This document shows, piece after piece, positions 19,731 through 29,840 of a DNA stretch of 63,039 nt (within the stretch, counting starts at the first letter, position 1; each line of letters begins with the position of its first letter). The notes beneath the pieces are model-generated. The model made no database searches. It was not told the origin of the DNA and saw only the letters and a list, made by a program, of their open reading frames with translations. Made by a program: the position numbers and the translations under genes. This DNA comes from Chloroflexota bacterium (GTDB lineage: Bacteria > Chloroflexota > Anaerolineae > UBA1429), in the NCBI GenBank assembly GCA_034722245.1, contig JAYENT010000013.1, positions 3,496-66,534 of the forward strand, written 5' to 3'.

Positions 19731-20873
19731 CTAGGCCTCAAAGTGCCTGTAGATTTCAGACTTGGTAAGTTTGCCCGCTGCTACTTCCAGGATCTCCTGG
19801 TAGAGTTCCTCACCCATCTCCTGAATGGTCGCTTCACCTCTGATGATGGGCGTGGCATCAAAGTCCGCGTTGTCCCTGATAAGCTGCATGCGCTTGGGGT
19901 TCGCAATGACTTTGATGACGGGAATCAACCCCCCTGTCGTCGAACCGCAGCCGGTGGTGAACAACCCGATGTGGGCTCCGCAGGCGGCGAACTGGTTGAT
20001 ACCCTCAGGGTCGCCGTGGAAGGTGCCAGAGCCTTCTTCTGCTATCTGGACCCAGTAGCCCTTTCTGGGAGGAGGGCCATAGCTGCGCAGCAAGCCTTGA
20101 AGGGGCTTTGTTCCCGATTTGGTCAGGCAGCCGTAGGATTTCTCCTCTATGCTGGTGAGCCCCCCCATGATATTGCCATATCCCCAGGAAAAGCGTCCTT
20201 GCTCAAAGGATCTCGCTTCGGCCTCTGCGATGGCTTGCCTGATATCCTGAGCCACGTCTTCGTTCACCGCGCGCTCTGCCAGGACGTCGCCACAACCCAT
20301 GAGCTCGCTTACTTCCGAATGCATGTAGGTGCCGCCGTCCTCTATGAGCAGATCGGCGGCCACACCGGTGACGGGATTGGAAGCCAAACCGGACGTAGCA
20401 TCGGATCCGCCGCATTCCTGTCCCACGATGAGATCGGCGGGTGTCATCTTGGCCCTCTCGGCCTGTGAGGCGTGCTGGAGTAGCTTGACAAGGATGCGCG
20501 AGCCTGTTTCAATGGTCTTTAGATCGCCACCTTCTTCACTTATCTTGATGGCCTCTACTGGTTTGCCCGATTTGGCGATTTCCTCCGCTACCATATAGGC
20601 ATCCGTGCCTTCGCAACCCAACCCTACCACCAGAGCCCCCGCATAACTGGAGTGTTTCCCCAAGGCCACTATCTTGTTGAAGGGACCCGATCTGAGAGCG
20701 CAGCCGCCTGGATAGCCAAACAGCTGTGTTCCTTCAGGAAACGATTCTTGTATCTTGCGTGCGACTACCATTGAGCAATGCGTTGTGTAAATTACGGCTA
20801 CACGGTTCCGTATGCCCAGTTGATCGTCTGGTCTCAGGAATCCCAATATCTCTGTCTTTGCTCTGCTTGTCAT
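19731..20873 (-). CDS. UxaA/GarD/SuyB family dehydratase, large subunit
   Basis: GF.RPD..LGIRN, VGLGCE, ECGGSDATSG..SNP, GN..GGLTSIEEKS.G, FTTG.GS, PVIKV. Confidence 0.88.
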   Translation of the reverse strand: MTSRAKTEILGFLRPDDQLGIRNRVAVIYTTHCSMVVARKIQESFPEGTQLFGYPGGCALRSGPFNKIVALGKHSSYAGALVVGLGCEGTDAYMVAEEIAKSGKPVEAIKISEEGGDLKTIETGSRILVKLLQHASQAERAKMTPADLIVGQECGGSDATSGLASNPVTGVAADLLIEDGGTYMHSEVSELMGCGDVLAERAVNEDVAQDIRQAIAEAEARSFEQGRFSWGYGNIMGGLTSIEEKSYGCLTKSGTKPLQGLLRSYGPPPRKGYWVQIAEEGSGTFHGDPEGINQFAACGAHIGLFTTGCGSTTGGLIPVIKVIANPKRMQLIRDNADFDATPIIRGEATIQEMGEELYQEILEVAAGKLTKSEIYRHFEA

Positions 20874-20887
20874 CGTTTCGCTGCTCC

Positions 20888-21196
20888 CTACGCTTTCAAT
20901 CCATATTGGTCGCGGTGGAAACCAAAGCGCTCACTACGGCAATTGTGCGTGTGAACCCACTCTCCGGCCTTGATATCCTGTGTGGCCTTCCCTATGGTCA
21001 TGCCATATTTGAGCACCTCCTCGCCCTCCACCATGTCGTGCAGGGCGTACTTGTGACCAAACTCTATGTCGTCATGCAGTACAACATCCACGGACACATT
21101 GTCAAGGGAAGCGTTGACTTTTTCCCCTGCCTCAAGATCCACGAGGGCTGTGGCCACATCATCGTTCACATCTAGCAAGATAGCTCTCCGTCTCAA
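20888..21196 (-). CDS. UxaA/SuyA family SAF-domain small subunit
   Basis: DDVATAL.DL..G, I.FGHKYAL, VLKYG..IG.A..DI.AGEWVHTHN. TTG start with GGAGG RBS. Confidence 0.88.
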   Translation of the reverse strand: MRRRAILLDVNDDVATALVDLEAGEKVNASLDNVSVDVVLHDDIEFGHKYALHDMVEGEEVLKYGMTIGKATQDIKAGEWVHTHNCRSERFGFHRDQYGLKA

Positions 21197-21453
21197 ATTG
21201 GTCCCTCCTTCTGAACCTCTATTGTCGGTGTGCTCAGCGCTTCGCTATCATGGAGCAGAAGATATCATACTAGGGGAGGAGGGTGGGGTCAAAAGACCTC
21301 AACGCGGGAGTTCGCATGCGTTTTGTCGCCCTTCGGACTTCTCGTGACTTTCACCAATATTGAGGGGTAGGAGCCTGTTGACTCTTTTGCGTCCCACGTG
21401 CTATATTTGGAAGGGAATCCTCTCGTCGAATAGGAGAAGGAGAAAGGAAAGCA

Positions 21454-22887
21454 ATGGCTGATTCAAGGCCCAATATCATTCTGATTATCACAGACCAACA
21501 GCGGTACGATACGATTAATGCCCTTGGGTATCCTTATATGGATACTCCCAACCTCGACCATTTGGTACAGGAAGGCACGGTATTCTCACAGAGCTTTGTG
21601 ACGGCCGCTTCGTGTGCCCCGGCCAGGGCGAGTTTGTTCAAGGGCTACTATCCTCATACTACGGGCATCTACAAGAACGCCGACACGTGGCGCCACTCCT
21701 GGGTCGAGGCACTGAATACCTCCGGTTACCATTGTGTAAACGTGGGCAAGATGCATACATTCCCCTATGAGACGCCTTTGGGCTTTCATGAGCGCTTCGT
21801 GGTGGAGAATAAGGACCGTTATCTTGAGGGGCGATGGTTCTTTGATCGCTGGGATATGGGGCTTCGTGCCCGCCGTCTCGTGAAACAGCAGCGCGAGATA
21901 TATCGCCAACGTGACGACTATGAGGAGCGGCTAGGAGCCTTCAAGTGGGAATTGCCCCCAGAAACTCATTCGGACTTTTTTGTTGGCGACATGGCCGCCT
22001 GGTGGATCAGGCACAAGCCCAAGGTAGAGCCGCTCTTTTTGGAGATTGGTTTTCCCGGCCCTCATCCTCCTTACGATCCTGTACCTAGCTATATAGAACC
22101 CTATATGGAAAAGACTCTGCCCCTGCCAGAGGTAACGGCGGAGGAACTCGCCGCGCAGCCGTCTGCGCAAAAGGAGTTGCGGGAAGAGAATGTGCAGGTC
22201 GATCACGACTCTATCGTATGGACCAAGAATCCCACGCCCGAACAGCTCCACCGTCAGCGTGCTTATTATTTGGCTAACGTGACCATGATTGATGAAAAGA
22301 TCGGCGAGATCTTGCAGGCCCTCGAAGAACAAGGCTATTTGGAGAATGCCGTCGTGATTTTCACCTCGGATCATGGGGACTGTCTGGGAGAGCACGGACA
22401 CATCCAAAAGTGGACTATGTACGATGTCGTCACCCGAACTCCCCTCATAGTCTGGGCGCCAGGGCGCTTTGAGGGAGGCCGAGAGGTCGATGATTTGGTG
22501 CAGCAGTTCGACTTGGGGCCGGCGATTCTGGAGCTGGCAGGCGTCGAGGTACCTGATTCCTTTGAAACCCTCTCCTTGCTTCCCGTTCTGCGGGGGGAGG
22601 CCACAGGAATTGGGCGTCAGTACGTCTTTGCCGAACAAGCGCGGGATGGGGTCTTGACCGGGACTGAGATGATGACCATGGTTCGTGATCGTGAGTGGAA
22701 GCTAGTGCACTATTTAGGCAACGGCGATGGCGAGCTCTACAACGTGGTGGCTGATCCGGACGAGCATCATAACCTATGGTACGAGACGCGCTACGAGCGG
22801 CGCAAACGTAAGATGTTAGACGTAATGCGCGACTGGTTAATGCGTAGTGCCATGTCGACTGCCGATTGGACCGTGCCCTGGAGATAG
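21454..22887 (+). CDS. Cys-type sulfatase
   Basis: RPNIILIITDQQR, CAPARASLF.G (CxPxR), GKMH, PHPP, FTSDHGD..G.HG. Confidence 0.92.
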   Translation: MADSRPNIILIITDQQRYDTINALGYPYMDTPNLDHLVQEGTVFSQSFVTAASCAPARASLFKGYYPHTTGIYKNADTWRHSWVEALNTSGYHCVNVGKMHTFPYETPLGFHERFVVENKDRYLEGRWFFDRWDMGLRARRLVKQQREIYRQRDDYEERLGAFKWELPPETHSDFFVGDMAAWWIRHKPKVEPLFLEIGFPGPHPPYDPVPSYIEPYMEKTLPLPEVTAEELAAQPSAQKELREENVQVDHDSIVWTKNPTPEQLHRQRAYYLANVTMIDEKIGEILQALEEQGYLENAVVIFTSDHGDCLGEHGHIQKWTMYDVVTRTPLIVWAPGRFEGGREVDDLVQQFDLGPAILELAGVEVPDSFETLSLLPVLRGEATGIGRQYVFAEQARDGVLTGTEMMTMVRDREWKLVHYLGNGDGELYNVVADPDEHHNLWYETRYERRKRKMLDVMRDWLMRSAMSTADWTVPWR

Positions 22888-22994
22888 GCCTGCACCTCTG
22901 GGCCGTACAGCGTAAATCTGGGGGCACGTGACATATGGGCCAGATCACATTGTGCCGGGATGGTCTGTAACTCGCCTTAGAGCTTTTCCCATAG

Positions 22995-23023
22995 TTGACG
23001 TGTGCGGTCGCGAATACTAAAAT
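22995..23023 (+). promoter_or_regulatory. sigma70-type promoter for trxB
   Basis: TTGACG-N17-TAAAAT. Confidence 0.6.
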
Positions 23024-23069
23024 GTGCGACGGTCATTGTGGCTTATTAGGGGGAGGTTAGCTAGGAGCT

Positions 23070-24080
23070 ATGGGTTTGTCCTTGAACATGGAGGGCCTAG
23101 AAGAGACGGATACCACAGATAAGGGCGAGGTTCTGGAGCGCGAGGTTGTCATCATCGGTGCGGGGCCAGCCGGGCTTACGGCCGGGCTGTATGCGGGGCG
23201 CGCTCAGTTGGAGCCTTTGATTCTCGTTGGCGAATCCTTTGGTGGCCAGGTAGCAATGACAGGAGAGATAGAGAATTACCCTGGGTTTCCGGAGGGTATC
23301 GATGGTATGGCGCTGGCGGAGCAGATGTCTAATCACGCGGAGCGCTTCGGAGCGGAAATCGCCTATGAGCAAGTGATTGAGGTTGATTTTGAGAGTTACC
23401 CTTTCGTTCTGGAAACGTACGGCCCCACATACAAGGCCAAGTCCGTGATCATCTGTACAGGCGCCTCACCCCGCAAACTGGGTGTGCCTGGAGAACAAGA
23501 ATTCGCTGGCCGGGGTGTTTCCTATTGTGCAATGTGTGATGGATACTTTTTTAGGGACAAGACCGTTGTGGTCGTTGGTGGCGGAGACAGCGCGCTAGAC
23601 GAGGCCCTTTATCTGACGCGCCTTGCCAAGGAGGTCATCATCGTGCATCGGCGTGATGAGCTGCGGGCCGGTGCTGCGCTTCGGGAGCGCGCTTTTGCTA
23701 ACGACAAGGTACGCTTTGTCTGGGATACGGTGGTTGAAGAGATCGAAGGCGGGGACACTGTTACGGGCGTAAGAGTGCGAAATGTGAAGACGGAGGAAAG
23801 GGATGTCATTCCCTGTGACGGGGTATTCATCTATGTTGGCCTTGTTCCCAACACTGAACTCTTTGAGGGCCAGTTAGAACTTGGCGATGATGGCTATATC
23901 ATCACGGACAAGCATCAGCAGACGAACCTCCCCGGCGTCTATGCCGCTGGTGATGTGCAGGATCCTTGGTTCCGGCAGGCGATTATCGCGGCTGGCGCCG
24001 GGGCTGCAGCGGCTATTACAGCGGAGCGCTTTCTGTCCGAAAAATCCTTTGATGGACGAAAGCAAAAGCAGCGCGGGTAG
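23070..24080 (+). CDS. trxB: Thioredoxin-disulfide reductase
   Basis: IIGAGPAG, ENYPGF, GRGVSYCAMCDG, VGGGDSA, HRRDELRA, AAGDV. Confidence 0.95.
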   Translation: MGLSLNMEGLEETDTTDKGEVLEREVVIIGAGPAGLTAGLYAGRAQLEPLILVGESFGGQVAMTGEIENYPGFPEGIDGMALAEQMSNHAERFGAEIAYEQVIEVDFESYPFVLETYGPTYKAKSVIICTGASPRKLGVPGEQEFAGRGVSYCAMCDGYFFRDKTVVVVGGGDSALDEALYLTRLAKEVIIVHRRDELRAGAALRERAFANDKVRFVWDTVVEEIEGGDTVTGVRVRNVKTEERDVIPCDGVFIYVGLVPNTELFEGQLELGDDGYIITDKHQQTNLPGVYAAGDVQDPWFRQAIIAAGAGAAAAITAERFLSEKSFDGRKQKQRG

Positions 24081-24130
24081 AGAGGGGTGTTCTCTTCTCC
24101 ATTTGGCGGTGTTGCCCGTGGGCATCGCCG

Positions 24131-24631
24131 TTAGCCTTTGCCTGTCTTTCGTCGGGCATCGAACAGGGGTTTGATTCTCTCGTAGCATTGTTGGCAGCTC
24201 TCGACGATCACTTTTGTGCTGCCAATAACGGGCATGAAGCTGGTATCGCCTGCCCAGCGCGGTACAACGTGCATGTGCAGATGGTCTTCGATGCCTGCAC
24301 CGGCTGCAGTGCCCACGTTCATCCCGATGTTGAAGCCGTCGGGCTGCATGGCCTCCTTGAGTATTTCCAGGCACATGTTCACCTGCCGCATCATCTCTGA
24401 GAGTGTTTCGGGGGGCAAGTCGGTGGGCGAATCGACATGGGCGTAAGGCACGACCAGAAGGTGCCCGTTATTATACGGATAGCGATTCATCATTACGTAA
24501 GAGAACTCTCCACGAAAGAGGATGAGATTTTCTTCATCTTTCGCCTCTTCTACCTTGGTACAAAAGATGCACTCCTCTGGTTTTTCCTCCCGTACATACT
24601 CTATGCGCCACGGTGCCCACATGCGTTTCAT
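24131..24631 (-). CDS. HIT family hydrolase (Ap4A phosphorylase-like)
   Basis: MWAPWR, CIFC, N.YPYNNGHL, GFNIG.N.G.AAGAG, HLHMHVVPRW. Confidence 0.92.
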   Translation of the reverse strand: MKRMWAPWRIEYVREEKPEECIFCTKVEEAKDEENLILFRGEFSYVMMNRYPYNNGHLLVVPYAHVDSPTDLPPETLSEMMRQVNMCLEILKEAMQPDGFNIGMNVGTAAGAGIEDHLHMHVVPRWAGDTSFMPVIGSTKVIVESCQQCYERIKPLFDARRKTGKG

Positions 24632-25305
24632 CGGTGGTCCTCCTTTTTCTGTATGAGGTGGGTTCGGTGGATAGTATAGTACGTTGGTTCTATGTCCAGC
24701 TCATCGACGATTTCCTCGGGGCGGCCCGCTCCTCTAGGGCTACATCGCACACGCATCCGTAGCTGGTGGTATTCCTCTCTTGTGTGGACATATTCGATAT
24801 CATGTATCAGGGGGCGCAGATCATAGTCTATCATGTTGCCCTTTTTAAAGCGCTGACGGATTATCTCCGATTGTGACAGCAGATTCTGGATGCGTCGCTT
24901 GAGCACTGGTGCCGCTTTTACGGTCCAGATGCGGACACGATAGATGGCCTCACGCATGGTGGCCTGTGCGGCTGATGCCTTCACGGGCACGTTTTCGACG
25001 TTGAGGATGTCAAGTCCCCTGGGCGCCTGCACTTTGGTTGCGTCGCGCACCTGCGTGAGTTCTTGCTCTTGGGTCAGAAAGGCGTCTATCAGCTCACATT
25101 CGCTGCTGTAGCCCACTGGCAAGGGGGCCGCGATTTGGAGTCTCGGCTGGGGATGAAAGCCCTGGCTGTAAGCGATAGGTATATCCGCTCGGCGCAGAAG
25201 GCGCCCCCATATGCGCATCATGTCCAGCACGGCTACATACTTCAGGGGGCCATCGACGCCGTACGTGAAGCGAATTCTCTGCCTGATTCTCCTTTCTGAA
25301 TTCAT
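24628..25305 (-). CDS. Radical SAM-linked protein (TIGR03936/DUF2344-like)
   Basis: LRRADIPIAYSQGFHPQPR...APLPVG, DLRPLI, RPEE. ATGA overlap with the upstream radical SAM gene. Confidence 0.85.
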   Translation of the reverse strand: MNSERRIRQRIRFTYGVDGPLKYVAVLDMMRIWGRLLRRADIPIAYSQGFHPQPRLQIAAPLPVGYSSECELIDAFLTQEQELTQVRDATKVQAPRGLDILNVENVPVKASAAQATMREAIYRVRIWTVKAAPVLKRRIQNLLSQSEIIRQRFKKGNMIDYDLRPLIHDIEYVHTREEYHQLRMRVRCSPRGAGRPEEIVDELDIEPTYYTIHRTHLIQKKEDHR

Positions 25306-27176
25306 GGGCACTGCCACATTGCTTCTGGCGAGAGCCCTTGGCGCTCAGTGGCAAAAGCCCTTAGAATGCCACAGTGCTGACAGGATTGGCTGCATCCCGG
25401 CGTCGTTTTCTCTTTCAGGGCTCTCTGGTACTCGTGCCACAGGAATTGCCGTCTCACCCCCACGTCTATTATGTCCCACGGGAGTATCTCGTCCCGTGCT
25501 CTAGGGCGTGACACGTAGAAATCGGGATCCAGGCCCTCTTGGGCAAAGGCCTCGCGCCAGCGCTCTGGTTGGAAATGCTCGTTCCAGGCGTCAAAGCGGG
25601 CGCCAGATCGCCAAGCGCGATGTACCACCGCTCCCAGTCGCTCGTCTCCCGTGCTTAGGATCGCCTCAAGCCACGTTTCGTCCCAGTCTGACCAACTGAG
25701 ATGGACGCCCCGGAATCTTAGGTTGTCCATCAGGATCTGCTGTCGGCGTTCTATGACCTGACGAGAGGCGAGAGACACCCATTGGAAAGGCGTATGGGCC
25801 TTGGGGACAAAGGTTGCGATGCTGAGGTTCACATGCACCCTTCGATTGCGGATCCTTTTCCCCTGTGAGCGTATGCGCTGTACGATATCCACGATACCTT
25901 GCACGTCCTCGTCGGTTTCTGTGGGAAGCCCTATCATAAAGTAGAGCTTGATGCGATCCCACCCATTCTCAAAGGCGGCCTCTGTGGTCTGGAATATGTC
26001 CTCTTTGGTTATTCCCTTGTTTATCACATCTCGTAGTCGCTGGGTTCCCGCTTCGGGGGCAAACGTGAGACCTGTTCTGCGCGTTTCCTGCACCATCTTG
26101 GCCAGCTCCACGGAGAAGGAGTCCATGCGTAACGAGGGAAGCGATATAGTTAGCGTCTTGTCCCTGTGGCGCCTTTGGGCCTCGCAGATGATCTGGGCAA
26201 TGTCGGGATGATCGCTGCTGCTCAAGGAAGCCAGTCCTACTTCGTTGTATCCCGTGTTGGCCACCGTTTCGTCGATGGCTTGCAGGATTTCGTCGCCCGT
26301 GCGCCACCGAACGGGGCGGTAGATCATTCCGGCCTGGCAGAACCGACAGCCATGACCGCATCCACGCTGGATCTCAATGGCCGCACGGTCGTGGATCACG
26401 CGCATGCTGGGCACTATGGGTTCTTTTGGGATGGGCCCAAGTTCCGGGACTATGCGCTTGCACACGCGAGGGGGGATACCTTGTTCCTTGGGGGTTATGG
26501 ACGAGACCGTTCCGTCCGGATTATAACTGGTCTCGTAGAACGCCGGTACATAAATACCTTGTATCGAAGTCAGATGCTTTAGCAGCGCTCTTCGACTCTT
26601 GTCAACTCGCGTGCTATTTTGCCAATCTCCCATTGCCTTCAGCAATTCCAGAAGCACCTCTTCGCCCTCTCCGATCACAAAGAGGTCAAAGAATTCGGCC
26701 ACGGGAGCTGGATTATAAGTTCCGCTGCCGCCCGCGATGACGAGGGGCTCTTTGCAAGTGCGCTCCTTTGCAAAGAGGGGAACGCGACCAAGATCGAGCA
26801 TGTTGAGGATATTGGTGTATGTCAGTTCGTATTGGAGGCTAAAACCGATGACGTCGAATGCGTTCAATGGATGGCGTGTTTCCAGGGAGAAAAGGGGCAC
26901 GTCAGCCTCACGCAAAGCCTCCTCCATATCCACCCAGGGGGCAAAAACGCGTTCAGCAAGGAATTCCTCACGACCGTTCACCCGATCATATAGGATGCCC
27001 AGGCCAAGATTCGACATACCGATCTCGTACGTATCGGGATAGGCCAAGGCCAGTTTCAATCGCTTGTCATCCCATTCTTTTGTAACGCTATTCCATTCCC
27101 CCCCTGTGTAGCGGCTTGGTTTTTGTACGCTCATGAGCAGCCGCTCCAGGCGCTTTTCGGAGATCTGCAATATCAA
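25302..27176 (-). CDS. B12-binding radical SAM protein (TIGR03960-like)
   Basis: VQKPSRYTGGE, YPDTYEIGMSNLG, GFSLQYEL.YTN, RGCGHGCRFCQAG (CxxxCxxC), FAPEAG, LYFMIGLPTE, PKAHTPFQW. Confidence 0.9.
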   Translation of the reverse strand: MILQISEKRLERLLMSVQKPSRYTGGEWNSVTKEWDDKRLKLALAYPDTYEIGMSNLGLGILYDRVNGREEFLAERVFAPWVDMEEALREADVPLFSLETRHPLNAFDVIGFSLQYELTYTNILNMLDLGRVPLFAKERTCKEPLVIAGGSGTYNPAPVAEFFDLFVIGEGEEVLLELLKAMGDWQNSTRVDKSRRALLKHLTSIQGIYVPAFYETSYNPDGTVSSITPKEQGIPPRVCKRIVPELGPIPKEPIVPSMRVIHDRAAIEIQRGCGHGCRFCQAGMIYRPVRWRTGDEILQAIDETVANTGYNEVGLASLSSSDHPDIAQIICEAQRRHRDKTLTISLPSLRMDSFSVELAKMVQETRRTGLTFAPEAGTQRLRDVINKGITKEDIFQTTEAAFENGWDRIKLYFMIGLPTETDEDVQGIVDIVQRIRSQGKRIRNRRVHVNLSIATFVPKAHTPFQWVSLASRQVIERRQQILMDNLRFRGVHLSWSDWDETWLEAILSTGDERLGAVVHRAWRSGARFDAWNEHFQPERWREAFAQEGLDPDFYVSRPRARDEILPWDIIDVGVRRQFLWHEYQRALKEKTTPGCSQSCQHCGILRAFATERQGLSPEAMWQCP

Positions 27177-27324
27177 CCCTCGCTTTGGTTAACGAAATTA
27201 TCAGCATATTATAGATTATCTGTGGCCAGCATAAAAAAGAGCTTGATGATATTTGGTATCTCTTTGCGCTCTCACTATAATAGTTTGAATTATCTGACTT
27301 TTCACGCTTTTTGAGGTGGTTCTC

Positions 27325-27882
27325 ATGATATCAGTTACACAGCTTCGCAAGGGTGTCACGTTTGAGCGCGACGGGGAACTGTGGCGGGTTTTGGAGTACG
27401 ATCATCACAAGCCCGGTCGGGGGGGCGCCATCATCCGCACCAAGCTCCGCAATGTGCGCACGGGAACGACTGTGAATGAGACGTTCTTATCCGGTGAAAG
27501 TGTGGATCAGGTCTATTTGGACCACAGTACCGTGCGCTTTTTGTACAGCGATGGGGAATTCTATCATTTCATGGACGTGGAAACCTACGAGCAGCCCGCA
27601 TTGCCCGAAGAGGCCCTGGGGGACGTGATTCCCTATCTCAAGGAGGGCATCACGCTGGAGTTGGAGATGTATGAGGGGGAGCCCATCGGTATAGATCTTC
27701 CCCTCAGAGTGGATCTGGAAGTGACCGAGGCCCCGCCGGGCTTTGCGGGAGATACCGCCGCGAGTGCTACAAAGACGGCCACTTTGGAAACAGGACTGAA
27801 AGTGGAAGTTCCCCTGTTTATCGAAAAGGGTGACGTTGTGCGCGTGGATACCCGGACAGGCGAGTACCTGACGCGGGTCTAA
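27325..27882 (+). CDS. efp: Translation elongation factor P
   Basis: LRKG, HKPGRGGA, FLYSDG..YHFMD, PG..GDTA, KTATLETG..VPLFI..GD.V.VDTR.GEYL.R. Confidence 0.96.
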   Translation: MISVTQLRKGVTFERDGELWRVLEYDHHKPGRGGAIIRTKLRNVRTGTTVNETFLSGESVDQVYLDHSTVRFLYSDGEFYHFMDVETYEQPALPEEALGDVIPYLKEGITLELEMYEGEPIGIDLPLRVDLEVTEAPPGFAGDTAASATKTATLETGLKVEVPLFIEKGDVVRVDTRTGEYLTRV

Positions 27883-28046
27883 TATCTCTTCCAGCCGTGT
27901 TTGAGCGCCCAGATCTGCAAGGAAAGGCTCATTAAACATAACGTTCATCTGAAATTGCCTATCTGGTTGGAGATTCCTTTGTTGGGTCTTTGCTGATGGT
28001 ATAGTAGCTGATGTTGATTGTTTACGCTGATTTGCGGGGGTTTTGA

Positions 28047-28883
28047 ATGCGCGTCGTCGTCACGGGCAGCACAGGACAGCTGGGGTCGGCTTTGCGGCGG
28101 ATGTTGGACGGGCACGCGGTGTTGGGTCTCGTGCGGCCACAGCACGACATCACCGATATGATCGCGATTGATGCCGCTATTCAGGACTTTGGCCCCGATG
28201 TCGTGGTGCATACGGCGGCTATGACGGACGTGGACGGGTGCGAACGGGATCCGCAGATGGCCCGACGGGTCAACGTCCTGGGCACGCGCAATGTGGCGGT
28301 GGCTGCCCACCGAGCGGGCGCCAAAATGGTTTACATAAGCACCGATTATGTCTTCGATGGTCGCAAGCCTGAGCCATATTGGGAATACGATGACGTCAAT
28401 CCGCTAAGTGTCTATGGGCGCACCAAGTGGCTGGGGGAGGAAGTAGTTCGCCATCTCCTGTCGCGCCACTATATCGTGCGTACGGCGTGGTTGTACGGTG
28501 AGGGGGCGAATAACTTTGTGGGAACCGTCTTGCGTCTGGCTGAGGAGCATGAATCCCTGGGTATGGTTACCGATGAGGTAGGGTCTCCCACCTTTGCCCT
28601 CGATCTGGCAGGGGCCATTGCAAGGCTCGTGGAAACGCCCGCCTATGGAACCTACCACCTGTGCAACGCAGGCACTTGCTCGCGCTATCAATGGGCTCGG
28701 GAGATCTTGGATCTTGCCGGTTATGAGCGCGTCCGCCTTGTTCCGAATCAGAACTATGAGCGGTTAGCTCCAGTGCCCAAGCGGGTGGCCTTGGAGAACT
28801 TTTGCGCTGCGGAACTGGGCATCACCATGAGGCCATGGCGCGATGCACTGCGGGCGCGCTTTGCGGTGGAGCATCGCAAGTAG
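28047..28883 (+). CDS. rfbD: dTDP-4-dehydrorhamnose reductase
   Basis: TGSTGQLG, AAMTDVDGCE, ISTDYVFDG, YGRTKWLGE, GSPT. Confidence 0.93.
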   Translation: MRVVVTGSTGQLGSALRRMLDGHAVLGLVRPQHDITDMIAIDAAIQDFGPDVVVHTAAMTDVDGCERDPQMARRVNVLGTRNVAVAAHRAGAKMVYISTDYVFDGRKPEPYWEYDDVNPLSVYGRTKWLGEEVVRHLLSRHYIVRTAWLYGEGANNFVGTVLRLAEEHESLGMVTDEVGSPTFALDLAGAIARLVETPAYGTYHLCNAGTCSRYQWAREILDLAGYERVRLVPNQNYERLAPVPKRVALENFCAAELGITMRPWRDALRARFAVEHRK

Positions 28884-28892
28884 GCCGTGCCC

Positions 28893-29837
28893 ATGGGTTT
28901 CGTGCGCGTCTCGGTAATCATTCCGAATTGGAACGGATTGGAGCTTTTGCGCCCCTGCCTCGACTCGCTGCAAGAGCAGCTCTATCGTGATTTTGAGGTG
29001 ATCGTGGTCGACAATGGGTCCACCGATGGTTCGGTCTCTGCGCTCCGGAAGGCCTACCCTCATGTGCAGGTTCTGGCATTGACTGAAAACCGGGGATACA
29101 GTGGTGGATGTAATGCTGGCATCCACAAGGCAAAGGGCGATTTGTTGGTCATGCTTAACAACGATACCGAGGTGGATGCGGGCTGGTTGGCTGCCCTTGT
29201 GGATGCTGCCGACCGTCATCCAGAGGCTGGCTCTTTTGCCTCGCGGATTATGATCTACGATAGCCCCATGGTTCTGCATTCTGCCGGGGATCTCTATCGG
29301 CGAGAAGGCACTTCGGACTCGCGGGGAGTTTGGACGGAGTATGGCCCCCCCTATGATAAGGAAGGATATGTCTTTGGCGGATGCGGCGCGGCCGTAGCCT
29401 ATCGACGGGAGATGTTGGAAGACATCGGCCTCTTTGAAGAGGCCTTTTTCATGTATTGTGAGGATGTGGATTTGAGTTGGAGAGCCCAACTCGCAGGTTG
29501 GAAATGCGTCTATGTGCCCGACGCGGTGGTCTACCATCACCATGGCGCCAGCAGCGGGGGCAGGTTGGCCAGCTATCACGTGGGGCGCAACACCCTGTGG
29601 GTCATTGTGCGCAACTATCCCTGGCTGCTTCTCAAGAAACACTGGAGACAAATCCTCTCTGCGCAATGGGCCATCGCGCGCGATGCGCTTCGTGCTTGGC
29701 GTGGTGTGGAAGCGCGGGCCCGGCTTCGAGGACAATTGGTCGGGCTTCTAACTTTGGTTCGTTGGCTTGGCGCCAGGCGTGCCGTTCAGAGCAAGCGGCG
29801 CGTGACGTGTTCGTATGTCGAGTCGATTTTGGAGTAA
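28893..29837 (+). CDS. GT2 glycosyltransferase (WbbL-like rhamnosyltransferase)
   Basis: VIIPNWNG, VVDNGSTDGS, N.GY.GGCN.G, LNNDTEV, FFMYCEDVDL.WR. Confidence 0.88.
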   Translation: MGFVRVSVIIPNWNGLELLRPCLDSLQEQLYRDFEVIVVDNGSTDGSVSALRKAYPHVQVLALTENRGYSGGCNAGIHKAKGDLLVMLNNDTEVDAGWLAALVDAADRHPEAGSFASRIMIYDSPMVLHSAGDLYRREGTSDSRGVWTEYGPPYDKEGYVFGGCGAAVAYRREMLEDIGLFEEAFFMYCEDVDLSWRAQLAGWKCVYVPDAVVYHHHGASSGGRLASYHVGRNTLWVIVRNYPWLLLKKHWRQILSAQWAIARDALRAWRGVEARARLRGQLVGLLTLVRWLGARRAVQSKRRVTCSYVESILE

Positions 29838-29840
29838 CAG

